NCBI GenBank assembly: GCA_023430545.1
Contig: JAEZAF010000199.1
Location: 4,778 to 68,777 of the forward strand
Direction: 5' to 3'
Origin: Chloroflexota bacterium
GTDB lineage: Bacteria; Chloroflexota; Anaerolineae; Aggregatilineales; Phototrophicaceae
DNA: 64,000 bases
Made by a program: the position numbers and the translations under genes. Shown one piece after another: positions 37,269 to 47,549 of the stretch; the first letter of the stretch is position 1, and each line of letters begins with the position of its first letter. The notes under the pieces were generated by a model. It was given only the letters and a program-made list of their open reading frames with translations. It was not told where the DNA came from and did not search any database.

Positions 37269-37880
37269 ATGAAAGGTTTAGGAGTTCTCAGCGACGAAAT
37301 GGCGCAGATCGCTAGCGATGCGCGGAAAAGTGTGGTACGGATTGTCGGGCGGGATGGCAGCCTCGGCGCGGGGACGATCTGGCACCCTGATGGCCTGATC
37401 GTCACCAATGCCCACGTGATTCATGATCGCTCGGTAGAAGTCCTGCTGACAGAGGATGATGAGGCCTACCCTGCCCATCTGATCGCAGAAGATACCCGGC
37501 AGGACATCGCCGCGCTCGCTATCGATCTGCCGGGGCAAAGCCTGCCGACGATCCGCATCGGGGACTCGCGGCGGCTGCGGGTCGGTCAGTGGGTGATGGC
37601 ACTTGGTCATCCGTGGGGTGTACGTCACTCCCTGACCGCAGGCACGCTGATCGGGTTTGGCAGTGACCTGCCGGAGATACAGACGGGACGCGAATGGCTG
37701 GCACTGGGGCTGCATCTGCGCCCCGGTCACTCCGGCGGACCGCTGCTCAACGCTGATGGTGAGCTGATCGGCATCAACACGATGATTACCGGCCCGGAAG
37801 TCGGGTTCGCGATCCCGGTTCACTTAGTAAAAACGTTCCTGAAGGAAACCATCGGCCTGCGTACGGCTGAAGCAGTATAG
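37269..37880 (+). CDS. Trypsin-like serine protease (S1C family, no PDZ)
   Basis: Catalytic-triad contexts TNAHVI, DIAALAI and GHSGGPL. 203 aa with no signal peptide evident. Confidence 0.8.
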   Translation: MKGLGVLSDEMAQIASDARKSVVRIVGRDGSLGAGTIWHPDGLIVTNAHVIHDRSVEVLLTEDDEAYPAHLIAEDTRQDIAALAIDLPGQSLPTIRIGDSRRLRVGQWVMALGHPWGVRHSLTAGTLIGFGSDLPEIQTGREWLALGLHLRPGHSGGPLLNADGELIGINTMITGPEVGFAIPVHLVKTFLKETIGLRTAEAV

Positions 37881-37904
37881 GCAAAATCCCTCAACCATTT
37901 CAGG

Positions 37905-37939
37905 CGGGCATGACACCCTTAGTCATGTCCGTTTTGTTT
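37905..37939 (+). terminator. Intrinsic terminator after protease gene, embedded in 3'-end repeat family copy I (37898-37945)
   Basis: 10-bp stem CGGGCATGAC / GTCATGTCCG (one G-U pair), 7-nt loop, then TTTTGTTTG. The flanks TTTCAGGCGG and TTTGCATCC match copies A, B and G. Confidence 0.8.
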
Positions 37940-37954
37940 GCATCCAGCATCTGC

Positions 37955-38003
37955 TTGACAAATTTCAGCAGCATCACTTAATATGTAGTTTATCGACATG
38001 TCG
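37955..38003 (+). promoter_or_regulatory. Candidate padR promoter (TTGACA-18-TAATAT) plus 10-bp perfect palindrome CGACATGTCG
   Basis: TTGACA 37955-37960 and TAATAT 37979-37984. The palindrome at 37994-38003 lies between the -10 element and ATG 38024. ATGT (37983-37986) and ACAT (37996-37999) half-sites are also present. Confidence 0.45.
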
Positions 38004-38023
38004 TTCATCGGAATATTAAACTG

Positions 38024-38338
38024 ATGCTTCCTTTAACTGAGGTCACATTTTTTATCCTGCTAAGCCTGACACCAGATGCACGGCACGGCTATGCCATCAT
38101 GCAGGATGTCATGGAACTGAGTAATCAGCGGGTGAAACTCAGCACTGGCACTCTGTACACCGCGCTAAAACGTCTGCTGGATGATGGATGGATCGAACAG
38201 GTAGAAGACGCACCTAACTCACGTGGTAAAAAGACCTATCGCCTCACATCAACTGGTCGCACTATTCTGCGAGAAGAAACCGAGCGCCTCGCGACACTTG
38301 CCCTGTTAGCGCAGCGCAGAATGGCGAACTCATCATGA
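38024..38338 (+). CDS. PadR family transcriptional regulator
   Basis: 104 aa with a winged-HTH pattern FFILLSL...HGYAIMQDV...GTLYTALKRLLDDGWI. Confidence 0.85.
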   Translation: MLPLTEVTFFILLSLTPDARHGYAIMQDVMELSNQRVKLSTGTLYTALKRLLDDGWIEQVEDAPNSRGKKTYRLTSTGRTILREETERLATLALLAQRRMANSS

Positions 38339-39435
38339 AGATATCACGCCTCTATGCACTTCTGCTGCGGCTGTATCCTGAAAGCTTTTATAAGCGCTTT
38401 GGTGATGAAATGCTGGAGGTTTTCGAACGGGCTTGGAACGCACCTCATCAATCGGGATGGTCGCGTCTGATCTTCTGCATCCGTGAACTGACAGGCCTCT
38501 TCATCAGCATCGCAGGTGAACAATGGAGTGAAAGGAAAAGCCCCGTGATTCGCAAGTTGTTCCACTGGTATCTGATACCCTTCTGGCTGTTAGGAATCAG
38601 TTTCACGATTGGCGCTGTCTATGCGTGGTCATACTGGGGTTATGTGATCAGGCCATCGACAACGTTCACGGAAATGGCAACGGTTGATTCCATCAGTCTG
38701 GTGGAATTCGATGATAGCAGCTACCTTCCAACAGCGATTCCGATCAATGAACTGCCTTACGTTAAGGAACCGGACTTCCCAGTTTCTCAGATTCTGCCCT
38801 ACATACCTGATCATCAGCAGCCTCTGAAACAGGTCAATCCTGAACTGGCTGAACTGGTATCCAATGCACTGATGGCTGAAAATATCGATATAGGTCAAAA
38901 CATGGACTATCCAACAGAACCAACTCAGGGCGTTAATGGATGTATTTCATGTTTTCAGATCGGCATACAACGACAGGCAGATGGCAGTTTGCTGATGATC
39001 TGGCCAGAATTCGATACCACAGATCTGCCGTTCGATAATCTCAATCCGTCAATCGTCGGAACCTCTACCCACCGGATTACACCAAGCGAATGGTCATACT
39101 TTAATTATATTGTCCCAGCCGGCTACATCGTCACCGGTCAGGCAGATGATGGCACACCACTGATTTTTGTCAGCATCGCCAGCGGAACCGTCGGAGATTA
39201 CCAGAACCACTACTATGAGTATCTATTCGATGCATCGAGTGACACGCTGACGATCCGCGATCAGATCGATTATCGCTTTAATATGGCCGGCCTCGAAATC
39301 TTTACCACCGGGTCCACTACCTTAACACTCTTGATCCCCATGCTGATCATCCTTTTCATTGTGATGTTGTTCAGGGTATTGATGAACCTGGCGAAACGGC
39401 GCAATCACTATCCACCTGTTGCTGGACCAGCCTAA
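38335..39435 (+). CDS. PadR-associated membrane protein (cytoplasmic helical N-domain, TM, ~220-aa outside domain, C-terminal TM; hypothetical)
   Basis: The ATG overlaps the padR stop (ATGA). The N-terminal LLRLYPESFYKRFGDEMLEVF motif is, from memory, common in PadR-neighbour proteins. GC is about 40-48% in sampled lines. Confidence 0.55.
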   Translation: MKISRLYALLLRLYPESFYKRFGDEMLEVFERAWNAPHQSGWSRLIFCIRELTGLFISIAGEQWSERKSPVIRKLFHWYLIPFWLLGISFTIGAVYAWSYWGYVIRPSTTFTEMATVDSISLVEFDDSSYLPTAIPINELPYVKEPDFPVSQILPYIPDHQQPLKQVNPELAELVSNALMAENIDIGQNMDYPTEPTQGVNGCISCFQIGIQRQADGSLLMIWPEFDTTDLPFDNLNPSIVGTSTHRITPSEWSYFNYIVPAGYIVTGQADDGTPLIFVSIASGTVGDYQNHYYEYLFDASSDTLTIRDQIDYRFNMAGLEIFTTGSTTLTLLIPMLIILFIVMLFRVLMNLAKRRNHYPPVAGPA

Positions 39436-39516
39436 AAGCACTATTTCCTTTCCAGCCGCATACCTAAAACTTCACGTATAATCAGGCGCTTTCAGTCTAA
39501 AGAAAGCGCCTTTTAT

Positions 39517-39849
39517 ATGCTCCAGCCTCACCGGGACCACCCTCAGCACGAATGGATTGTCATTTACGCCGCGTCTAATATCCCAGAAGCGCAGATCGTT
39601 GCCGGACGCCTCAAGTCTGAAAATATTCAGGCGCTGGTCAATTATCCCGTGGGCGGTTCTGCGATGGGAGTCCAGCTAGGGGCGATTTCCGTCCTTGTCC
39701 ATCCCGATGATTATCAGGCTGCATGGCAGATTCTGTTTACTGAAGACGATTCATCTGCAACCGAACTGCCCGAAGGCGACGAAAATACCCTTTACGACTG
39801 GCAGGATTTTGAATCACAAGATGACGACTCAGACGAATTCGACACTTAA
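39517..39849 (+). CDS. DUF2007-like small protein (putative signal-transducing fold)
   Basis: 110 aa with WIVIYAASNIPEAQIVAGRLKSENIQALV...HPDDYQAAWQIL and an acidic tail. Confidence 0.5.
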   Translation: MLQPHRDHPQHEWIVIYAASNIPEAQIVAGRLKSENIQALVNYPVGGSAMGVQLGAISVLVHPDDYQAAWQILFTEDDSSATELPEGDENTLYDWQDFESQDDDSDEFDT

Positions 39850-40804
39850 AGAAAATAACACCCTGACCGCTGTCCCCGGCTTTCGCGTGGGCCATGCAAC
39901 CCATCTGGAAGGAGCGACCGGCTGCACGGTGATCCTCTGCCCAGAAGGGACCGTCGGCGGGGTCGATCAGCGCGGCGGCGCACCCGGCACACGGGAGACA
40001 GACCTGCTCCAGCCCATGCATCTGGTCCAGACGGTCAACGCGATTGTGCTATCCGGCGGCAGCGCTTACGGACTAGCCGCTGCTGACGGTGTAATGCGCT
40101 GGTGTGAAGAACAAGGGATGGGGGTTCCTATCGGCACAGACTTTGTGGTGCCGATTGTCCCCGCGGCCATTCTGATGGACCTTCTGATTGGGCAACCCGG
40201 CATCCGACCAGGCGCGGACATGGGATATGCCGCCTGTGAAGCCGCCAGCGACGATCCCGTCCCACAGGGGAACGTCGGTGCGGGAACTGGATGCAGGATC
40301 GGTGGTGTCGCCGGAAATGAACTCGCTACCAAAGGTGGAATCGGCAGTGCCGTGCTGCATTTTGATGACGGCCTGATCGTCGCCGCGCTGGTCGCCGTCA
40401 ATGCATTCGGCAGTGTGCTGGATGAAAACGGTCAGGTGATGGCCGGTATGCGCAGCCCGGATGGCTCCGGCTTTGTCGATATGCTGGAGGCAATGCGTCA
40501 ATGGAAACCATCAGCGCCGGCGACATCATCAAACACGGTGATTGGAGCCATCGCTACCAATGCCCGTCTGACCAAGGATCAGGTCAATAAAGTCGCACAG
40601 ATGGCCCAGAACGGCATCGCGTTCGCTGTACGGCCTGCTCATACCATGTTCGATGGCGACACGCTGTTTGCGCTGGCTTCAGGTCAGGTCGAAGCGGATG
40701 TCAGTGTTGTGGGGGCTTATGCGGCAGATGTGGTTGCGATGGCAATCCGCAATGGGGTACGTGAGGCGAAAACACTCGCAGGCGTGCGCGCCTGGAACGA
40801 TTAA
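39821..40804 (+). CDS. P1/S58 family peptidase (DmpA-like L-aminopeptidase/D-esterase)
   Basis: LTAVPGFRVGHAT and NTVIGAIATNARLT motifs. ATG 39821 overlaps the end of the DUF2007 gene by 29 nt. Confidence 0.8.
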   Translation: MTTQTNSTLKENNTLTAVPGFRVGHATHLEGATGCTVILCPEGTVGGVDQRGGAPGTRETDLLQPMHLVQTVNAIVLSGGSAYGLAAADGVMRWCEEQGMGVPIGTDFVVPIVPAAILMDLLIGQPGIRPGADMGYAACEAASDDPVPQGNVGAGTGCRIGGVAGNELATKGGIGSAVLHFDDGLIVAALVAVNAFGSVLDENGQVMAGMRSPDGSGFVDMLEAMRQWKPSAPATSSNTVIGAIATNARLTKDQVNKVAQMAQNGIAFAVRPAHTMFDGDTLFALASGQVEADVSVVGAYAADVVAMAIRNGVREAKTLAGVRAWND

Positions 40805-40908
40805 CACTCATCCTCTATAATGTTAAGAACTTTCTGCAAAGGTTTAATCGGAATTTACAGATCATGGTTGATAATCTTAAATCATCGGCTCAAAAAGTAG
40901 AAGATACC

Positions 40909-41598
40909 ATGGTGAAAGTGCTGGTCGTCGAAGACGAAGAAACACTGATTAACAACCTTGCGGACAAGCTCAAAGCAGAAGGCTTTACTGTCATCACTGC
41001 CCGTGATGGTGAGATCGGGCTGGAAAAAATCCGCAGCGAAAACCCTGATCTTATTGTGCTGGATATTATGCTTCCCGGCCTCGACGGGCTAAGCATCTGC
41101 CGGATGGTGCGCCACGATACCACCACCGCCCATATTCCGATCATCATGCTGACCGCACGCGGAACCGAGGTCGATAAAATCGTGGGGCTGGAAAGCGGCG
41201 CAGATGATTACATCGTCAAGCCGTTTGGACTTGGGGAATTTCTCGCAAGAGTACGCGCTGTGATGCGCCGTGTCCCAGGCCGTATGAACGTCCAGCAGGA
41301 TGAGATGGTCTCCAATGACCTGCGCCTGAATATGACCGCCCGCCGCGTTTTCAAGGATAATGAGGAAGTCAAGCTCAGCAACAAGGAATTTGACCTGCTG
41401 GCCGAGCTGATGCGCAATCGCAGCGCGGTCCTTTCCCGCGACCTGATTCTCACCAAAGTCTGGGGCTATGATTACTTCGTCGATAAACGTACGGTCGATG
41501 TGCATATCCGTTGGCTGAGAGAAAAGCTGGAAGAAGACCCGTCGAACCCACGGCGCATTGTGACGGTGCGCGGCGTCGGTTATCGCTTTGAAGGCTAG
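40909..41598 (+). CDS. OmpR/PhoB-family response regulator
   Basis: Receiver VLVVEDEE ... DLIVLDIMLPGLDG ... and a winged-helix output ending TVRGVGYRFE. The start MVKVLVV at 40909 is preferred. Confidence 0.9.
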   Translation: MVKVLVVEDEETLINNLADKLKAEGFTVITARDGEIGLEKIRSENPDLIVLDIMLPGLDGLSICRMVRHDTTTAHIPIIMLTARGTEVDKIVGLESGADDYIVKPFGLGEFLARVRAVMRRVPGRMNVQQDEMVSNDLRLNMTARRVFKDNEEVKLSNKEFDLLAELMRNRSAVLSRDLILTKVWGYDYFVDKRTVDVHIRWLREKLEEDPSNPRRIVTVRGVGYRFEG

Positions 41599-41677
41599 GC
41601 CCAACACCGGCCGTTCGGTGTTCGAAGCCATCACAAGTATTCGCCCGATAAAAAACAAATAACGGGAAGCCCGCCCA

Positions 41678-43132
41678 ATGCCCGAAGTGTTTTTAATCCT
41701 GCCGACTCTGGGGCTGGCAGCCACGCTGTTGGCCCTGTTTTTCCTGAATCGTGATTATCGGCGTATCAAAGCAGGAAGTGAGCGCACCCTGCTCGAAAAG
41801 CAGCAGCACGCCGACGCGCTGAACGGGCTTCGGACTCAACACCGCGAAGCAGAAGCCCGTGCCCAATCACTGCAAAACCAGTTGGACACTACGCTTGAAC
41901 GCCTGCGCAGTGTCGAGCAGACTGGTACTGAACGAGAGCAGGAACTGATGCGCCTGCATCAGCAGATCGATTCCATCCAGCAGCGCGAACAGTCGCTTCA
42001 TACGAGCGTGGCAGATTGGCAGATGCGCACTACCGAGCATCAGCAGACGGCTGCGCTGTATCGCTGGATGGCGAACAGCGCCTACGATGCCCTGCTTGTG
42101 CTGGATACCAAACTGAAAGTATTGGCGACCAATAAATCTGCCAATGCGTTATTCGGCATCACCACGCTCTCACCCGATACGTCGCTTGCTGATATCACGC
42201 AGTCTCCCATCCTCGTGATGATGGTTGAGGATGCGATTGTCAACGAGGAAGACAGCCTCGAAGAACAGGTTACGGTTGGCGAGCGCAGTTTCCTGATCTG
42301 CACACAGATTATTCGTGACGGTGACAGCACCCACATCGGACTCGCACTTCAGGATATCACGCAGCTCATTCGGCTCAACCGCGCCCGTCGTGATATGGTC
42401 GCTAATATCTCGCATGAACTGCGTACACCGATCGCCAATATCCGGCTGATCATCGACGGCCTGTTTCACGATCAGGACAAGCCCAAGCGCAAGGAGAGTA
42501 TCTCATCGCTGCGTGCCATTGGCCACGAGACCGAGACGCTCTTATGGCTGGTGCAGGAAATGGCCGATCTCTCCATGATCGAGTCAGGTCAGGCGATCAT
42601 CCGGCTGGTCGATGTGCCGCTATGCGAAATCATCGACGAAGCCGCCGCGCGTCTCGAAGATCAGATGGAAGCCAAGCGGCTGAAGCTGGTTCGAGAGCAT
42701 ACGGAGGCTATCCATGTCCTGTGCGACCGTGACCTGATTCAGCGGGTCATCGTGAATCTGCTGCACAACGCCATGAAGTGGTCTCCAACAGGCGGTACCA
42801 TTACCCTCACGGCAGAAGAGCAGGAAGACGAAGCGATCATCAGCATCTATGACAACGGTCCGGGTGTGCCTGAAGATCAGGTGGATCGAATCTTCGAGCG
42901 CTTTTATCAGATGGATGGTTCGCGCTCCGGTGGTGAAGGCACCGGCCTTGGCCTCGCCATCTGTAAGCATATCGTCACCGCGCATGGCGGCCGCATCTGG
43001 GCAGAAAGCAACCGCACCGGTACTGGCGGCGGACGCTTTAAGTTCACGCTGCTCTTGGCCGAGGACTCCGCAATATCACCTGTGGCCCATGATCATCAGC
43101 TTGCCAGTGGGAACACTGAGAACGGCGTCTAA
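41678..43132 (+). CDS. Sensor histidine kinase (PhoR-like: TM, coiled coil, PAS, HisKA, HATPase)
   Basis: H-box ISHELRTPI, N-box LLHNAMKW and G-boxes DNGPGV and GTGLGLAI. One N-terminal TM helix. Confidence 0.85.
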   Translation: MPEVFLILPTLGLAATLLALFFLNRDYRRIKAGSERTLLEKQQHADALNGLRTQHREAEARAQSLQNQLDTTLERLRSVEQTGTEREQELMRLHQQIDSIQQREQSLHTSVADWQMRTTEHQQTAALYRWMANSAYDALLVLDTKLKVLATNKSANALFGITTLSPDTSLADITQSPILVMMVEDAIVNEEDSLEEQVTVGERSFLICTQIIRDGDSTHIGLALQDITQLIRLNRARRDMVANISHELRTPIANIRLIIDGLFHDQDKPKRKESISSLRAIGHETETLLWLVQEMADLSMIESGQAIIRLVDVPLCEIIDEAAARLEDQMEAKRLKLVREHTEAIHVLCDRDLIQRVIVNLLHNAMKWSPTGGTITLTAEEQEDEAIISIYDNGPGVPEDQVDRIFERFYQMDGSRSGGEGTGLGLAICKHIVTAHGGRIWAESNRTGTGGGRFKFTLLLAEDSAISPVAHDHQLASGNTENGV

Positions 43133-43134
43133 CA

Positions 43135-43752
43135 ATGACACGCATCGGGTTGATTGCCGATATTCATGGCAGCGCGGCACAGCTCCAGCAGGCACTTGAG
43201 ATACTGACGCATCACGCAGCCGACTTGATTCTCTGCGCAGGGGATCTGGTGGATGGCGATGACCAGCCTGAAGAAGTTATCAACAGCTTACAGACCCATG
43301 AAATTCCGTGTGTACAGGGTAACCACGACTCCGACAAGGTCAGCGCTGCCCGCAGAGGCAAACATGACTCGCGGCTCTCCGTCCAGAGCATCGACTACCT
43401 TGAAGCCCTGCCCCACTCCTACAGCCTGCACATTGAGGGAAAGAAACTCCTGCTCATTCATGCAACACCGTGGCATAATGGCATCCACGTGTTCTCCTAC
43501 AGCGGACGGGTACTGCTCGATCAGGTGGTCAATCAGGCAGGTGATGCAGAGATCATCGTGCTCGGCCACACCCATGAGCCGATGGTGATCCGCTATCGTG
43601 AGCGCTGGATTCTGAATTCGGGTTCCGTTCATAAAAACCGCTTTGAAGATCAGTCCACCTGCGGTGTGCTGGACATCCCAACCATGGAATTTCAGGTACT
43701 GGAGCTTGCATCCGGCCAGCCTGTATCAAAGCCAACAATTTACCTGTCCTGA
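43135..43752 (+). CDS. Metallophosphoesterase (YfcE/MJ0936-like)
   Basis: IADIHG, GDLVDGD, GNHD and GHTH motifs. It starts 2 nt after the kinase stop, so it is probably co-transcribed. Confidence 0.8.
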   Translation: MTRIGLIADIHGSAAQLQQALEILTHHAADLILCAGDLVDGDDQPEEVINSLQTHEIPCVQGNHDSDKVSAARRGKHDSRLSVQSIDYLEALPHSYSLHIEGKKLLLIHATPWHNGIHVFSYSGRVLLDQVVNQAGDAEIIVLGHTHEPMVIRYRERWILNSGSVHKNRFEDQSTCGVLDIPTMEFQVLELASGQPVSKPTIYLS

Positions 43753-43936
43753 GCAAACATCAGCCAGCACCTACAGCCTGCGCCGCGATTCTTTATAAAC
43801 ATCAATTCCATCTGCACTGGATACTCATCCACCGTCCCTACACTCTGAAACGTGTGGCATACTTTAGAGTCGTACGCTTCAACGCACAGGCTGAACTTGT
43901 CCAGTTACTTTTCCATAACGGGCCAGTAAAAAGATT

Positions 43937-46900
43937 ATGATGCATCTAAAAGGGTTAAACGACCTCTTTCGTGACAGCCGCACATGGCAGGATCTGCTTC
44001 GGCAGATTCAGGGCGGTGACCTCACGACACTGAATATCATTCGTGCCGCACGGCCTTATGTGGCGGCGGCCCTCACACAGGATTGGGAAGCCCCGGTTCT
44101 GTATCTCGCTGGACGTATCAAACGTGCCTATAACGTTGCGGAGCAGCTTCCCGTGTGGTTAGGGGCTACACAGCCGGTGATGCGCTTTGGTGAACCCATC
44201 GGCCAGTTTTACGAGCGCACACCCTGGGGCGATCAGGCCACCCGCAGCCGTCTGGAAGCACTGTGCGCCCTGCTGCCGCCGGCAGATCAGCCTTCACCTG
44301 CACCGCTGGCCGTCGTGAGTGCTGCCCGTGGACTGATGCAGCCCACCCTGCCGGTCAATCAGTTCCGCAAGGCCTCGCTCCATCTGAAGGTCGGGCAGCA
44401 GATTGCGCTTGACCGTCTGCTTCAGGATCTTGTCGCTATCGGCTATGAACCAGCCAGTATTGTCATCCAGCCCGGCACCTTCAGCCGTCGCGGTGGACTG
44501 GTGGATATCTTCCCGACCGCCTCACGCATGCCGGTCCGCATCGACTTCTTCGGTGACGAGATCGACTCACTGCGTCCGTTTGACCCTGCCACACAGCGGT
44601 CAGAAGGACGGCTGGACAGCATCGGCATCACGCCAGCACGTGAGGCCCTGCCGTCGCGTATGCCGGAAGCCGCGGCCCAGCTTACGGACTGGTTCGCGAC
44701 CCTTCCACCAGAAAGCGACATGGCGCGGGATCAGAACTCGCTGGCGAATGGCAGTATCTTCCCGGTCGCGGAATTTTATCTACCCTATATGTATACTCAT
44801 CCGGCCAGCCTGCTGGACTATGCGCCAACTGATGCCCTGATCATCATCGATGACTGGGAAGAACTGCGCGACAGTGTCATCGAAGTTGAGCAGAATGCGG
44901 AGCGCAATCGGCCGGAACAGATCGAAGCCGGAATCATCCCGGACAATGCGGCAGTACCGTATTTCACATGGGAAACGCTCGAACTCGAACTGCGCCAGCG
45001 TCGCACCCTGACCTTCAGCACTGCTGCAGAAGACGGCGCGGCCCTCTTCACGCCTGGCGGACGCTTCGGCGGACAGCTCAAAACAGCGCTCACTCAGGTC
45101 CGCACCCTCACGCGCAAAGGCGGCCGTGCGGTCGTCGTCAGTGAGCAAACAGCACGCCTGAATGAGCTGTGGAGCGAACAGGACGCTTATGGCTATGTCC
45201 CGATTCTGAACGCCCTTGAGGACAAGCCCCTCGCCGGGACCACACAGATCGTCACCGGCACGCTTCAGGAAGGGTGGATACTCCACCTCGACAACGGTGA
45301 AACACGCCTGATCTCTGATGCTGAGCTTTTCGGCTGGGAACGCTCTGAACCACGCCGCCGTAAGAGTGCTCGTCCGGCCAAACTACCGGAAGCTGATTTC
45401 TCCGACTGGCGTGAAGGCGATTATGTCGTCCATGTCGATTACGGTATTGGACGCTTCGCAGGCATGAATCGCCGTACTATCGATGGCAACGAACGCCAGT
45501 ATGTCGTCATCGAATATGCCAGCAACGACACGGTCTTTGTCCCGATTCATCAGGCCGACCGTGTTTCGCGCTATGTCGGTGTGGACGACACGCCGCCGAC
45601 CCTCAGCCGCCTCGGTCAGCCGGAATGGTCAAAGGCACGCAGCCGCGCCAGTAAAGCGGTACAGGAAGAGGCCGAGGAACTGCTCAAACTGTATATTGCA
45701 CGCGAACAGGCACAGGGTCACGCCTTCAGTGAGGACAACCATTGGCAGCGTGAACTGGAAGCATCTTTCCCGTATGTCGAAACCGATGACCAGCTTCGTG
45801 CTGTGCGTGAAGTCAAGGCAGATATGGAGCGCGTCACCCCTATGGATCGCCTGATCTGCGGTGACGTCGGCTATGGCAAGACTGAAGTGGCACTTCGAGC
45901 TGCATTCAAGGCGGTCAACGATGGCAAACAGGTTGCCGTACTCGTCCCCACGACGATCCTCGCACAGCAGCATTACGAGACCTTCAGCAACCGGCTGGCA
46001 CAGTTCCCAGTGGTGATCGAACAGCTTTCGCGCTTCAAGAGCAAGGCGGCGCAGGAAGAAGTGCTGCCGCGCCTCGCCAAAGGGGAGGTCGATATCATCA
46101 TCGGCACCCATCGCATCCTGTCAGAAGACATCCAACTGAAGGATCTCGGCCTCGTCATCATCGACGAAGAGCAGCGCTTCGGAGTCAAGCAAAAGGAACA
46201 TTTCAAACAACTTCGCACCCAGGTTGATGTCCTCACTCTAACGGCAACCCCCATCCCGCGCACCCTGTACATGAGCCTTGCCGGGGTGCGCGACATCAGC
46301 ATGATTCAGACCCCACCGGAAGAGCGCCTGCCGATTCTTACGCACGTCGGCCCATTCGATGAGCATCTCGTGCAACAGGCAATCACCCGTGAGATCGAGC
46401 GCGGCGGCCAGATCTTCGTGCTGCATAACCGCGTCCGCACGCTGGATCAGCTACGAGAACGGATTGAGGAAATCGTCCCGGAAGCACGGATTATCACCGC
46501 GCACGGACAGATGAATGAGCGCCAGCTTCAGAATGTGATGGCGTCCTTCTCGCGTGGGGAATATGATGTCCTGCTCTCAACCTCGATTATCGAGAACGGC
46601 ATCGATATCCCCAATGCCAATACGCTGATCGTTGACCGGGCCGACTGGTTTGGCCTGTCGCAGTTGTATCAGATCCGGGGACGTGTGGGACGCGGTGCAC
46701 AGCAGGCGTATGCCTACTTCTTCTATCATCCACGCACCAGTCTGACCGAAGAAGCACGCGCTCGTCTGGAGACGCTGGCTGAACATACCAGCCTTGGCGC
46801 GGGTTATCAGATCGCCATGCGTGACCTCGAGATTCGCGGTGCAGGGGACATCCTCAGCACCCGCCAGACGGGTCACGTCGCCGCTGTGGGACTCAATCTT

Positions 46901-47422
46901 TATACACAGATGCTGAATCAGGCGGTGCAGGAATTGAAAGGCACCACCAGCGATACGCCGGTGGCCGTCTCCGCCACGCAGAGCATCATCCTCGAACTAC
47001 CGCTGCCTGCTTATCTGCCAGAGGACTGGATACCTGAATTGTCGCTGCGGCTTCAGATTTACCGACGGATCGCGAACCTTACCAGTCAGCACGATATCGA
47101 GACGATGGAGGAAGAACTGCGCGACCGCTTCGGACAGCTTCCCAAAGCCGTGCAGGGCCTGCTCTATCAGATCCGCATCAAGCTGCTGGCACAGCACGTC
47201 GGGGCGACTGCCGTCATCGTCAGGGATCGCACTGTACAGATCCGGCTGCCCTTCCTGCCAGAGATCAATCGCGATGCCCTTGCGCAGCGCCTTGGTGATG
47301 ATGTCACGGTTACCCGGACAGCGATCGAAATCCCGGCTAACGACGTATGGCAGATGCGCTTAGGCGGTCTGCTGGAAGACCTGTACCAATTACAGGAATC
47401 GGTCAGCCAGCGTGGGATGTAA
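43937..47422 (+). CDS. mfd: Transcription-repair coupling factor
   Basis: 1161 aa with a UvrB-homology N-terminus, RNAP-interaction (CarD-like) domain, helicase motifs [23 protein letters not shown] and TATPIPRT, and a TRG motif region. Confidence 0.95.
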   Translation: MMHLKGLNDLFRDSRTWQDLLRQIQGGDLTTLNIIRAARPYVAAALTQDWEAPVLYLAGRIKRAYNVAEQLPVWLGATQPVMRFGEPIGQFYERTPWGDQATRSRLEALCALLPPADQPSPAPLAVVSAARGLMQPTLPVNQFRKASLHLKVGQQIALDRLLQDLVAIGYEPASIVIQPGTFSRRGGLVDIFPTASRMPVRIDFFGDEIDSLRPFDPATQRSEGRLDSIGITPAREALPSRMPEAAAQLTDWFATLPPESDMARDQNSLANGSIFPVAEFYLPYMYTHPASLLDYAPTDALIIIDDWEELRDSVIEVEQNAERNRPEQIEAGIIPDNAAVPYFTWETLELELRQRRTLTFSTAAEDGAALFTPGGRFGGQLKTALTQVRTLTRKGGRAVVVSEQTARLNELWSEQDAYGYVPILNALEDKPLAGTTQIVTGTLQEGWILHLDNGETRLISDAELFGWERSEPRRRKSARPAKLPEADFSDWREGDYVVHVDYGIGRFAGMNRRTIDGNERQYVVIEYASNDTVFVPIHQADRVSRYVGVDDTPPTLSRLGQPEWSKARSRASKAVQEEAEELLKLYIAREQAQGHAFSEDNHWQRELEASFPYVETDDQLRAVREVKADMERVTPMDRLICGDVGYGKTEVALRAAFKAVNDGKQVAVLVPTTILAQQHYETFSNRLAQFPVVIEQLSRFKSKAAQEEVLPRLAKGEVDIIIGTHRILSEDIQLKDLGLVIIDEEQRFGVKQKEHFKQLRTQVDVLTLTATPIPRTLYMSLAGVRDISMIQTPPEERLPILTHVGPFDEHLVQQAITREIERGGQIFVLHNRVRTLDQLRERIEEIVPEARIITAHGQMNERQLQNVMASFSRGEYDVLLSTSIIENGIDIPNANTLIVDRADWFGLSQLYQIRGRVGRGAQQAYAYFFYHPRTSLTEEARARLETLAEHTSLGAGYQIAMRDLEIRGAGDILSTRQTGHVAAVGLNLYTQMLNQAVQELKGTTSDTPVAVSATQSIILELPLPAYLPEDWIPELSLRLQIYRRIANLTSQHDIETMEEELRDRFGQLPKAVQGLLYQIRIKLLAQHVGATAVIVRDRTVQIRLPFLPEINRDALAQRLGDDVTVTRTAIEIPANDVWQMRLGGLLEDLYQLQESVSQRGM

Positions 47423-47482
47423 CGCATCATCAGAATCAGGTTGAAGAGGGTTGATCTGTATATCGGTCCGTCATATGGATGG

Positions 47483-47522
47483 ACAAAAACTGCTGCTGTC
47501 AGCAAACCCTGACAGCAGCAGT
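47483..47522 (-). terminator. Intrinsic terminator after aspartate kinase gene
   Basis: Perfect 14-bp stem ACTGCTGCTGTCAG / CTGACAGCAGCAGT with a 6-nt loop. On the minus strand it is followed by TTTTTG. Confidence 0.85.
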
Positions 47523-47549
47523 CGATTAAATATGAACTTAGACTGACAG

